The position numbers and the translations under genes were made by a program. Positions 8,792 through 17,677 of a DNA stretch of 64,000 bases are shown here, piece by piece. How positions within the stretch are numbered: position 1 is the stretch's first letter; each line of letters begins with the position of its first letter. The stretch lies in IMG/VR virus record IMGVR_UViG_3300045988_149975; one strand, given 5' to 3'. The notes under the pieces are model-generated. The model was given only the letters and a program-made list of their open reading frames with translations, had not been told where the DNA came from and did not search any database. The stretch is from a virus.

Positions 8792-11671
8792 TTAACATTT
8801 ACTATAGCCACAATTATTACAATAAGCACACTTACCATCAGGAATAAGAGTATACTCACCACATTCAGGGCATTTCATTTTGCCATTATGAATATCATCC
8901 TTTACCTCATGAATAGCTTTCTGCGTTTCCTCTGTAAGTGCTTTTTCAAAAGTATTTTTAGCATCCTCTATAGCTGTCTTATTTTCTTGCAAGTCTTTAT
9001 AAATATCTCTAATTGCACTTGCAATACAAGAAGCGCAAGATTTAGAAATATCTTTTCTACCGCTACGCATTAAATAACTACAAGCAGGACAGTTAGCGTT
9101 GCTTAACTCATCAGCAATATCTAATGCTTTACCACCAAGCCTTAAAGCATAGCTTGTAAGTCTTGCAATAGTAGAAATATTAGCTTGACAGCCTGTTTCT
9201 GCACCTACAAAAACCTCAAAAATGTGATTATCTTTTACATTTACTGTTACATAAAAATTTCTTACACAAGCTGTATGGTAAACAAAAGTGCGCCCCCAAA
9301 GGGATTTCACTCCATTACGTTTAACAGGCTCAAGATTATCTAACTGTCTTGCTTGCATATCATCTACTGTAACAGGTTCTTTAATAATCTCAACTTTTGG
9401 CACATGATTTTTAACTTCTTTATTCTCTACATCAGCACGTTTTACACCATGGTCAGTACCAAGGATATTAATGCGTTTGCAGTTATCACGAAAAATAGTA
9501 ATACCCTTACAACCATTTGACCATGCCTGCAAATAAAGGTTAAAAATATCATCTACAGTTGCACTCTCTTTAAGATTAATAGTAGAAGAAATTGCATTAT
9601 CTACATAAGACTGCATAGTAGATTGTAAATCAACCCTATCCTTGGGGTCAATATCATAAGTATCTACAATATAAGGAAACTTTTCTTTAATCTGTTCAGC
9701 AGTAAGTTCATTGGGATTATAACCTCTAAATTTTAAAAGATTTTCCACTGCAAGCATATTAATATGGAAAGATTTACCTTCTTTTTCAAGAACATGAGTA
9801 GTTCTATCATAAGACACTTGATAGTATGGTTCTACACCACCACTTTCTCTAAAGAGCATTGAAATTGAACCGGTAGGTGCAATACTCAATAAAGTGCCAT
9901 TACGCATATTTTGAGATAAATCCTTTGCCACTCTTGAAGTAAATCTGTACTGAATATCATGTACCATACCACTTTTATCAAATTTTTCTTTGTCAAATTT
10001 ACCAAAACTACCCTTTTCTGCCCCTAATTTTGCAGAAGTGGCATAGGCAGTAGTCTGCATATTGCGCATAATAGATGCTATAAGTTCAATACTTTTTTGA
10101 CTGCCATATTTAATACCCATTGCTACAAACATATCTGCCATACCAAATATGCCTAAACCAATGCTACGCCAATCATCAATACATTTCCTATTCTTATCTA
10201 AAGGTTGAAGTTCATAACCATAATCAAGAATTTCATCTAATGCGGTTACAGCATTTTTAACTGTATCACAGAATCGCTCCATATTGAAATGCGCCGTATC
10301 AGTATAAGGATTATCTACGAAGTTATAAAGATTAATACTACCTAAATTACAAGCATTATACTCTGAACCTGCAAATTCACCACAATTCCCTGTCAAAACA
10401 CCATTGGCAATGAAGGTATGATTTTTAGGCTCATTCATACAATAAACAGTATCAACTACTTCTGCTTCTTCGATAGCTACAACGCTAATTTTAGGGCAGG
10501 CATAAGCTGTTACAATAAAATCAAGGTCATTATTAAAAACAGGATGTTTATACCAATCTAAAGTGTCACCAACTTTTAAATCTTTAGCTTCAACTCTGCC
10601 GACATCCCTCAATACCCATTTATGGTAAGGGGTACACTGAACAGTAGCACCATTAGAGAATTTAATCTTTAAAGTCTTTTGGTCATGCCCTGTTACTTTA
10701 GGAGTAACTTTGCTCCACTCATAACCATTCCAAACTTCTACCTCTTTACCTGCTAATTCCCCAATAGGTTTATACCCCTTTTTAGTAAGAATAAGGGTAT
10801 CACCAGTTACACAAGGGTTTGTAGTATCAATCCTATATTCATTAATAGGATAGCCACTCAATAAGTTACATTCTCTTACATTATCAATAAATAATGCCCC
10901 AGGCTCTCCCCAATCATACTGCGCTTCACAAAATTTCCTAAAGAAATCTCTTGCATTAATTTCTTTTTTAACCTCTTCACCATTTTCTTCATTTTTAAAG
11001 TGCAACTCAAAATTCTCATTACTAATTACACTTGTCATAAAATCATCAGTGAAACATATAGAAATGTTCGCACCCTGAATTTTATCATTATTCTGTTTAA
11101 TAGTTAAAAATTCTTCAATATCAGGATGGTCACAATTCAAGGAAATCAGAATTGCTGCCCTTCTTCCGTTATTTCCAATAACTTCACCAATTACATTATA
11201 GACATCCATGAAGGAAACTGCACCGCTTGAAGTCTTTGCAGAATTATTAACTTTAGCACCCTTTGGGCGAAGGTTACTCAAATTAATACCTGCTCCACCG
11301 CCAAAGCTAAAAATTCTTGCCATTTCCTTACCTACATCAAAAATAGATTCAATGTTATCTTTAGGTGAGGGAAGAATATAACAATTACTTGTTGTGGCTC
11401 TAAATTTTCCTTTACAACCTGCTGCATAAAGTGTTCTGCCCGCAGGTAAGAAAGTACCATCTATAATACTCTCTACCATAAAATCTTGTAATTCTTTTGT
11501 AGAAAAAATACTTGATACTCTTTTAATGAAAGCATTAAATCCTGCATCAAAACCTTCCTGTTCTACAATTTTTAACTCGTCATCGTGCATATATTTTTTC
11601 TTTATAATATTTTGCGGAATTTCATCATCCCACCATACTTTATACATATTTACATTACTAATTCTACCCAA
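8792..11671 (-). CDS. nrdJ: ribonucleotide reductase (probably class II, adenosylcobalamin-dependent, monomeric type) containing a mini-intein
   Basis: Active-site NPC-GE split as ...TTNP / CVTGDTLILT...FIANGVLTGN / CGEFAGSEYNACNLGSINL; no ATP cone; Cys-rich C-terminal zinc-ribbon tail. Confidence 0.75.
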   Translation of the reverse strand: MGRISNVNMYKVWWDDEIPQNIIKKKYMHDDELKIVEQEGFDAGFNAFIKRVSSIFSTKELQDFMVESIIDGTFLPAGRTLYAAGCKGKFRATTSNCYILPSPKDNIESIFDVGKEMARIFSFGGGAGINLSNLRPKGAKVNNSAKTSSGAVSFMDVYNVIGEVIGNNGRRAAILISLNCDHPDIEEFLTIKQNNDKIQGANISICFTDDFMTSVISNENFELHFKNEENGEEVKKEINARDFFRKFCEAQYDWGEPGALFIDNVRECNLLSGYPINEYRIDTTNPCVTGDTLILTKKGYKPIGELAGKEVEVWNGYEWSKVTPKVTGHDQKTLKIKFSNGATVQCTPYHKWVLRDVGRVEAKDLKVGDTLDWYKHPVFNNDLDFIVTAYACPKISVVAIEEAEVVDTVYCMNEPKNHTFIANGVLTGNCGEFAGSEYNACNLGSINLYNFVDNPYTDTAHFNMERFCDTVKNAVTALDEILDYGYELQPLDKNRKCIDDWRSIGLGIFGMADMFVAMGIKYGSQKSIELIASIMRNMQTTAYATSAKLGAEKGSFGKFDKEKFDKSGMVHDIQYRFTSRVAKDLSQNMRNGTLLSIAPTGSISMLFRESGGVEPYYQVSYDRTTHVLEKEGKSFHINMLAVENLLKFRGYNPNELTAEQIKEKFPYIVDTYDIDPKDRVDLQSTMQSYVDNAISSTINLKESATVDDIFNLYLQAWSNGCKGITIFRDNCKRINILGTDHGVKRADVENKEVKNHVPKVEIIKEPVTVDDMQARQLDNLEPVKRNGVKSLWGRTFVYHTACVRNFYVTVNVKDNHIFEVFVGAETGCQANISTIARLTSYALRLGGKALDIADELSNANCPACSYLMRSGRKDISKSCASCIASAIRDIYKDLQENKTAIEDAKNTFEKALTEETQKAIHEVKDDIHNGKMKCPECGEYTLIPDGKCAYCNNCGYSKC
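10385..10813 (-). mobile_element. mini-intein (about 143 aa, no endonuclease domain) inserted at the RNR catalytic Cys
   Basis: Begins CVTGDTLIL and ends ...GVLTGN, followed by +1 Cys of the C-extein CGEF; residues 287-429 of the ORF. Confidence 0.7.
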
Positions 11672-11684
11672 TTCATTCCCTCCA

Positions 11685-12281
11685 TTATAATAAAAATTCT
11701 TCTGCCATTGGCAACTTCTCTACAAAATCCATGAATACTTTATTCCACGCTTTAAGTCTATGGTTTTTACGCTGCGATACCATAGTTTTAATTTGCTGAT
11801 AATTTGTAGAAATACGAGCAGTAAGCTGATAACCCATTGGTACATTAGCAAGTACAGTATCAAAATCACATTCACCTTTATTGTATCTATCTACATATTC
11901 TTCAGCAATAGCGATAACTCTTTCATCTGTACCTTCTACACACATCTTTGCAATATCTGCTTTAAGTAACTTGTGCATTTTACTTGTGCTACTTACAATC
12001 TGCTGAAAATGATACCTTTGCCATTCTGCCCAAAAATATTGTGGCATTTCTAAATCAAACTGAACTATAATACCAGTTAAAAAATTATTATGACCGCTTC
12101 CGATAGGTGCTTTGGCTAATGCTTCTGCTCTAATAATATGTTTATTTTCATCATCCAATAATGCAATTTTCATTGTCTGTTTATCAAATTCTTTAGCATT
12201 AGGAGTTTTCAATAACATAGGATAACCCGAAGCCAAAATACTTTCCTCTAAACCATACACATTTACATTACTTATCTCCAT
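11685..12281 (-). CDS. thyX: ThyX-family flavin-dependent thymidylate-synthase-like protein (divergent: RHR replaced by RYHF)
   Basis: [30 protein letters not shown] parallels the ThyX [39 protein letters not shown] parallels LRADSHAQWEI. Confidence 0.5.
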   Translation of the reverse strand: [198 protein letters not shown]

Positions 12282-12495
12282 TTTTTACCTCCAAATACTG
12301 TCCTGTCTTAATAATATAACCTTTTAACCCACATTTTGAACATACTATATCTTTCAACCATAATTTTGTAGGTGCTACAATAATGCCACGATATAAACAT
12401 TTTAAACAGATGCCCTCAAATACTTGATGAGGAATCTTCTGTTCCCTTAATTCATCCATATCAATTACCATCTTGTTCTTCCTCAAATAATTCAT
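12268..12495 (-). CDS. zinc-ribbon protein (CLKC...CSKCG)
   Basis: 75-aa ORF with two CxxC pairs. Confidence 0.35.
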   Translation of the reverse strand: MNYLRKNKMVIDMDELREQKIPHQVFEGICLKCLYRGIIVAPTKLWLKDIVCSKCGLKGYIIKTGQYLEVKNGDK

Positions 12496-12856
12496 TTAAA
12501 ACCCTGGGAGCATAAGCACGTCCTTCAGTTTTAGCTAATGCTTTTTTAGTTTCATTGACAATCTTACCCATCCTATTAATAGAATTATTATCATATCCAT
12601 TTGCAAGCGGCGTAAGAATATCAATTAAATCTTTAGCTACCCTACGTTCTTTAGAGTATTCATTAATTAACCTACATATTTTAGTCCGCATTTTTCTATC
12701 AGTAGGATAATTAAATTCACAAAAGTGGCGAATATCACCAAAGGCTTTATCTGCTTCATTAACAGTAGTACTACAAATTGAAATATCGGATTTTGCATCC
12801 TTTAAAACTTCATAAAAATCAGAAATAATTTGACAAATCTCTTCTTTTGTTTTCAT
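12461..12856 (-). CDS. hypothetical protein
   Basis: 131-aa ORF with GAGGTGAT RBS, directly downstream of a consensus promoter. Confidence 0.45.
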   Translation of the reverse strand: MKTKEEICQIISDFYEVLKDAKSDISICSTTVNEADKAFGDIRHFCEFNYPTDRKMRTKICRLINEYSKERRVAKDLIDILTPLANGYDNNSINRMGKIVNETKKALAKTEGRAYAPRVLNELFEEEQDGN

Positions 12857-12874
12857 ATAATCACCTCAATAATG

Positions 12875-12903
12875 ATTATACCACAAAATATCTAAAATGT
12901 CAA
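12875..12903 (-). promoter_or_regulatory. sigma-70-type promoter (TTGACA, 17 nt, TATAAT with TGG extended -10)
   Basis: Minus strand TTGACAttttagatattttgtggTATAAT, then GAGGTGAT and the start codon at 12856. Confidence 0.5.
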
Positions 12904-13545
12904 TTACTTTACATTTAAAATTTTATGTAATTGTATACCTATCCTGCCCTTTATACTTCCGTCCAGTAAAGTTTTATTTATAAGTTTTACAGATTCCTCA
13001 TTGTTATTAACTGGTGAAAGAATTATTTCTGCTTTTGTAGGATATTTCTTCAAAATCTTTTTAGCAAATTCAATATCCCTCTCATTATCAATCACAAACT
13101 TAACTTCATCATAGGATTTTAATACAGCTAAATTATTATACTTATTAAGCCCTTCTACACCACTACATGGACATTTTATATCCATTACATAATTATAGCT
13201 TCTTTTATAGTCATCACTATCTATATCTATAAGTCCGCTTGTTTCAATACTTACAATATATGAAAAAGATAAAAGTTCATAAATAAGCGGGTAAATATCA
13301 TTCTGTAATAAAGGCTCTCCACCTGTTAAACAAACATATTTATTACCTAATTTACTTACCTCTAACATAATTTTATCCAAACTCATTAAACTATAATTCT
13401 TACCCTCACAAGCATATATTGAATCACAATATCTACAAAATGGCTTTGCAACACATCCATAAAACCTAATAAAAGTAGTAGGATAGCCCGTATACTTCCC
13501 CTCACCTTGTATTGATGAAAAAATTTCAACTACTTTCATTTTCAT
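12904..13545 (-). CDS. queE: 7-carboxy-7-deazaguanine synthase QueE (radical SAM)
   Basis: VEIFSSIQGEGKYTGYPTTFIRFYGC...C..C motif, and LTGGEPLL. Confidence 0.75.
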   Translation of the reverse strand: MKMKVVEIFSSIQGEGKYTGYPTTFIRFYGCVAKPFCRYCDSIYACEGKNYSLMSLDKIMLEVSKLGNKYVCLTGGEPLLQNDIYPLIYELLSFSYIVSIETSGLIDIDSDDYKRSYNYVMDIKCPCSGVEGLNKYNNLAVLKSYDEVKFVIDNERDIEFAKKILKKYPTKAEIILSPVNNNEESVKLINKTLLDGSIKGRIGIQLHKILNVK

Positions 13546-13909
13546 ACCCCCAATCTAATTTGACAACATCACCATTCTTTCTTCTTCCAAAATTTCTTGA
13601 AAAACTATCGACTAATAAAAAACGTAACTCTTCTTCAGATTTAACTTTAACTTTAAAATATTCCTTTAAATCTAACTTACTATAGTCATATTTATTTAAT
13701 GGTGTAACACGTTCTGCAATATTGCATAAACCAAACGGTAAGGAAACATACAACTTGGTAAGATACTTACTTCTATTCCTGTTTTGCCATTCATATTTAT
13801 TCTGTTTTATGCCTTCACCAACTGTACGATAGTATGGAAATTTTAAAACAAAGTTACCTATAATCAATATAAACCTACTACCACCTCTTGTAGTATAAAA
13901 CCATTTCAT
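13526..13909 (-). CDS. hypothetical protein
   Basis: 127-aa ORF; no QueD-like HGH motifs. Confidence 0.45.
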   Translation of the reverse strand: MKWFYTTRGGSRFILIIGNFVLKFPYYRTVGEGIKQNKYEWQNRNRSKYLTKLYVSLPFGLCNIAERVTPLNKYDYSKLDLKEYFKVKVKSEEELRFLLVDSFSRNFGRRKNGDVVKLDWGYENESS

Positions 13910-13933
13910 TACCCCAACTCCAAATTGGAAGCC

Positions 13934-13964
13934 TTAAAAAAGAAGCCCCCATAAGAGGGCTTTT
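13934..13964 (-). terminator. rho-independent terminator downstream of spoVS
   Basis: AAGCCCCC-loop-GGGGCTT hairpin followed by a U-run on the minus strand. Confidence 0.4.
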
Positions 13965-14244
13965 AATTTAAACTTGTAAATAATTTAATCAAAGTGCGTT
14001 CTTCACCTTCAACTACAGTAACATCAAATCCTGGGCGCACAACTATATCCCTACCATTTGAAGCAAGAAAACCTCTTGCAACAGCAACTGCTTTTACAGC
14101 TTGTGATAAACTTGCAGCACCTATACAATGTAATACTACATTTGAAGCTACTGTATTGCCCTCACCTTTAAGAGTTTTAGCAATACAGCCTGCAAGAGAT
14201 TTAACATTACTGCTACCACTTACTTTTAATACTACCTCTTTCAT
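13963..14244 (-). CDS. spoVS: SpoVS (stage V sporulation protein S) homologue
   Basis: 93 aa. Strong full-length similarity to SpoVS (VLKVS..SN..SLAGCIA...QAVKAVAVARGFLA...EGEERT.IKL). Locally higher GC than its surroundings. Confidence 0.8.
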   Translation of the reverse strand: MKEVVLKVSGSSNVKSLAGCIAKTLKGEGNTVASNVVLHCIGAASLSQAVKAVAVARGFLASNGRDIVVRPGFDVTVVEGEERTLIKLFTSLN

Positions 14245-14334
14245 TGCCTTACCTTCCTATATTTTCTGCTTATTTATTATACTTTTAATCTACATTTAAA
14301 GCCTCAATTATACATATTTATTTCTATACTTTAT

Positions 14335-14362
14335 ATTATAACATATTTTGATAAAAATTCAA
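14335..14362 (-). promoter_or_regulatory. candidate promoter for spoVS (TTGAAT, 16 nt, TATAAT)
   Basis: Minus strand TTGAATttttatcaaaatatgtTATAAT, about 90 nt upstream of the start codon. Confidence 0.3.
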
Positions 14363-14892
14363 CATTGATTTATAATTTTTTTCTCATCAATAATAGAGAA
14401 AAAATCATTAAATTTCAACATTACAAAATCTTGTGACTTAAACTTTCCTTTTACCTGACTTTGGTGCATTATAAGTACAGGTATTTTTCCATTAATGCAA
14501 TCATTTTCTGCCTGTTTAAACCATTCCTGAACGGAAGTCCATCCATTCTTATGATTTTTAAGTTCTAAATGTAAGAGAAAATTTACATTATCAGTATAAC
14601 ATACTACATCTCCTCGCAAAGCATTATTCTCAATTCCCTTTAAATAACCACCACTTGATGCTGTTCTACCGAATTTAAGTAAAGGAAAAATTTTATTCAA
14701 CTCATTGACTATTTTCCTTTCAAAATTTGCACCTTTAGTTTTAGAGGATTTACCTAAATTGCTTTTTTTAATTTGTTTTTCTAATTTCTCTATTTCAGGA
14801 CTGTCAGGAGCATTTTCTTTCAAGAAAACTAATTTATCTTTTAATAAATCAACCCTACGCATTAAACTTTCCGCTCCTATTACTATCTTCAA
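14359..14892 (-). CDS. putative PD-(D/E)xK nuclease (Holliday-junction-resolvase-like)
   Basis: GDVVCYTDNVNFLLHLELKNHK gives a D...ExK pattern; lies in the recombination/replication module. Confidence 0.3.
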   Translation of the reverse strand: MKIVIGAESLMRRVDLLKDKLVFLKENAPDSPEIEKLEKQIKKSNLGKSSKTKGANFERKIVNELNKIFPLLKFGRTASSGGYLKGIENNALRGDVVCYTDNVNFLLHLELKNHKNGWTSVQEWFKQAENDCINGKIPVLIMHQSQVKGKFKSQDFVMLKFNDFFSIIDEKKIINQC

Positions 14893-15331
14893 AATCTTTC
14901 AAGCGGCGGGAAAGTTCACGGCTCACAAGGAAAGTACCATCTTCATAAGATTTAAGAATATCACTTAAATAATCATACTTTTCAAGTGCATATTCCATTG
15001 CTTTCCTACTCCCCTCTGCAAAAGAGTCATTGAATACCCTTAACTCTTTTTCTGTTACACTCATTCGTGGAGGACATTCTGAAAATACCCTGCATTTCTC
15101 TTTATCAAAAATTGATTTAGCTTCCCTATATACCGCCCTTGCATCACTCATAAGTGTTCTTACATACATTCTCTGCTGCACAATAGCATTAAGATATTTA
15201 CTAATATCTGATGTGGATAAAATAGTTAAATCCTTGGGCAATGTAAGATAATCAATTTCTACATTTTTATTATTAAACAATACTACCCCATCTTCCTGTA
15301 ATTCTTTCTTAATTCTTTCTATATTTGTCAT
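14855..15331 (-). CDS. hypothetical protein
   Basis: 158-aa ORF. Confidence 0.45.
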   Translation of the reverse strand: MTNIERIKKELQEDGVVLFNNKNVEIDYLTLPKDLTILSTSDISKYLNAIVQQRMYVRTLMSDARAVYREAKSIFDKEKCRVFSECPPRMSVTEKELRVFNDSFAEGSRKAMEYALEKYDYLSDILKSYEDGTFLVSRELSRRLKDFEDSNRSGKFNA

Positions 15332-15339
15332 AACTTACC

Positions 15340-15855
15340 TCACTTATAATTTGTGGAAAACATTATTCCTACTGCTGATGTTTCACCATCTGTCATTCCC
15401 CAAGCATGGATAGGAGAATGTCCTAACCTCAAAGTTGCTATTCCTGCAACCTTTTTATTAGTAGATATGCCTACACCCACACCCCATGTTGGCTCTAAAG
15501 GTTTATTATCAATACTTAAATTATACTTACTTTCCTGCTTTAAACTTACATAATCCCTGCCATACTCAAATGTATCTTTATTTTCAGGCTTTAAGTTAAA
15601 CCTTTCACCGTTTAATTCTACATCAAAAGTTTGTTTACTATTATAAACTAAATCAGGGTCAGAAGTGTTCTTTTTAGTTTGAACACTCACTGACGCTGTA
15701 TTTTCCGTTCTGACAACTTCAGTTACTACAGGGGTACTAACTACCCTTTCTATAACTTTCTCACTTGTAGGTGGATTTATGTGGATATAAACGGCATATA
15801 TAATGCAAACTATTGCTATTATATAAGGTAACGTGTCTTTAATTTTTTCCCACAT
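15340..15855 (-). CDS. membrane-anchored protein (N-terminal TM helix)
   Basis: 171 aa; IIAIVCIIYAVYIHI hydrophobic segment. Confidence 0.4.
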   Translation of the reverse strand: MWEKIKDTLPYIIAIVCIIYAVYIHINPPTSEKVIERVVSTPVVTEVVRTENTASVSVQTKKNTSDPDLVYNSKQTFDVELNGERFNLKPENKDTFEYGRDYVSLKQESKYNLSIDNKPLEPTWGVGVGISTNKKVAGIATLRLGHSPIHAWGMTDGETSAVGIMFSTNYK

Positions 15856-16054
15856 TTACTTTATCCTTAAAATTAAAGAATAAACTAACAAGCAGGGTAT
15901 AGAACACTAAATAAAAGAAGTATAAATTAAGCCCTGTAAAATGTGAAGCACCATAAGCTGCTACTACAGTCCACAAACAAGCTGCCACATATACAGTTCC
16001 TACTACAATAGCCATTAAAAGTACAATAACTAAACCCATAAGTAAATATTTCAT
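15839..16054 (-). CDS. small integral membrane protein (2 TM)
   Basis: 71 aa, almost entirely hydrophobic. Confidence 0.4.
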   Translation of the reverse strand: MKYLLMGLVIVLLMAIVVGTVYVAACLWTVVAAYGASHFTGLNLYFFYLVFYTLLVSLFFNFKDKVNVGKN

Positions 16055-16921
16055 CTAATTTCCCCTTTCACACAAATCTTTAAATGCACACCATTTACAA
16101 TAACGTGTATTATCCTTTTTAGGAATGATTCCTTCTGCTACATACTTATTAATCTCCTTACAACGATTAAGCAAATCACTAATTAAATCTCTATCCCATT
16201 CAAAGGGAAATTCCTTCAATTCTTGTGTATCTTTACATTCATAAAGAAAAATAATCTTTCTAATAGGTTTAGGATATTCCTCTAAAAGTTCAAGAGTTTT
16301 ATCAAAGATTGCCATTTTCTTTTCCAACTTCTGCTCTTTTGTATATTTTCTACCATCCTCTAAAAAACTCTCTAATTTAGTTTTATAAAGATTTCTTAAC
16401 CATTCCCCATCACCTAAAAGAACTTTTTTACGCATTTCATCTAAACAATACATATATAAACTTGCTTGAAGTTTATGTTCAGGTTTTGCATCAGTTAAAG
16501 CATTAAAACCGTTACTATTAATACTCTTAATTTCAAGTATTGATAACCTGTCACTATCTTTAAGTAAACCATCTGTATTACCCATTACTTCATATTCCAC
16601 ATTAAATACAGGTGCCTCATCAAGTAAAAGTACGCCTGCTTCTTTTAAATAACCTTGTAATCTCTCATGTACAAAAGTGCCATTATTTAAAATGCGGAGG
16701 GAACGTGGGTCATCATTAGCATTAGTCTTTTTAGCAAAACAACGGTTATAATAAGAAGCCCTCATGCAACCTCCTATACCACTTGGACTATTCCATCCAT
16801 GCCCCCTATCCTCTGTTCCGCTATCCTTCATTAAAAGCATATCAATAGCAGGAATTAACAGGCTGTTCTTTGTAAGTGTATTTAAAGAGGGAACACTTCC
16901 TACTACTTTAAACTTCTTCAA
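16055..16921 (-). CDS. PD-(D/E)xK exonuclease, Cas4/RecB-nuclease-like, with a 4-Cys cluster
   Basis: N-terminal Cys plus C-terminal CKWCAFKDLC; DGLL...LEIKS (D..ExK). Confidence 0.55.
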   Translation of the reverse strand: MKKFKVVGSVPSLNTLTKNSLLIPAIDMLLMKDSGTEDRGHGWNSPSGIGGCMRASYYNRCFAKKTNANDDPRSLRILNNGTFVHERLQGYLKEAGVLLLDEAPVFNVEYEVMGNTDGLLKDSDRLSILEIKSINSNGFNALTDAKPEHKLQASLYMYCLDEMRKKVLLGDGEWLRNLYKTKLESFLEDGRKYTKEQKLEKKMAIFDKTLELLEEYPKPIRKIIFLYECKDTQELKEFPFEWDRDLISDLLNRCKEINKYVAEGIIPKKDNTRYCKWCAFKDLCERGN

Positions 16922-17367
16922 ATTACTGCTACCTCCTTAAAATCCTCTAATCTTGTTATCTGCCAAACTGCACCACCGTTGAATCTATACAAATATAAAT
17001 ACCCCACATCAATATAATTTAAAATATCAGCAGAAAGTTTAGAACTCTCCTTGCAATCTAATACATCACTCTCATTATAGTAATTATAAAAATCATAAGC
17101 CCTATAAGCAATATAATCTTTATCTTTAACTCTTATTGCAAGTAAGGGTATTCTATTACATTTAAGTGCCTCATTCTCAATCTTGCTTAAAATCTTCCCC
17201 TTTAAAATGTAATAATCTTTTTCAGTTGCTTTACACTCAATTAAATAATCATCTGTTACTACATCACCTTTTGCAAAATATAATGCGCCTGAAGCTATTA
17301 CTGTTTTTCCACCTAAACTTTCTGCTATAAATGTTTCATGCTTATTACTTAACTTCTTCGGTTTCAT
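16918..17367 (-). CDS. hypothetical protein (possible nuclease fold, D...ECK)
   Basis: 149-aa ORF. Confidence 0.4.
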   Translation of the reverse strand: MKPKKLSNKHETFIAESLGGKTVIASGALYFAKGDVVTDDYLIECKATEKDYYILKGKILSKIENEALKCNRIPLLAIRVKDKDYIAYRAYDFYNYYNESDVLDCKESSKLSADILNYIDVGYLYLYRFNGGAVWQITRLEDFKEVAVI

Positions 17368-17677
17368 CTTTCACATCCTCTGGTTTCCAAAAACAACAAA
17401 ATGTTCTACCTTCCTCTGTTACCATATCAAAAGGGGTAACAAAAGAATTTTGGCAGATGTCATTTTCGTCATAATATTTACAACTCTCACACCTTGAAAT
17501 GAAATGGGCAGCTTTCATTAAGGCTACATAAAGCCTTGTATCATAGCCTACATGAAAATCCAATACCTCACCTCCTTTATTGTAACTCTTGATAAGCAAA
17601 TTCACCAAAATATTTGAGTTCACCTGCTCTCCTTGCTTGTTTAGCCTCTTCCTCTGTTGTATAACACCATAGTTCAC
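17345..17677 (-). CDS. hypothetical protein
   Basis: 110-aa ORF. Confidence 0.4.
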   Translation of the reverse strand: MNYGVIQQRKRLNKQGEQVNSNILVNLLIKSYNKGGEVLDFHVGYDTRLYVALMKAAHFISRCESCKYYDENDICQNSFVTPFDMVTEEGRTFCCFWKPEDVKDETEEVK

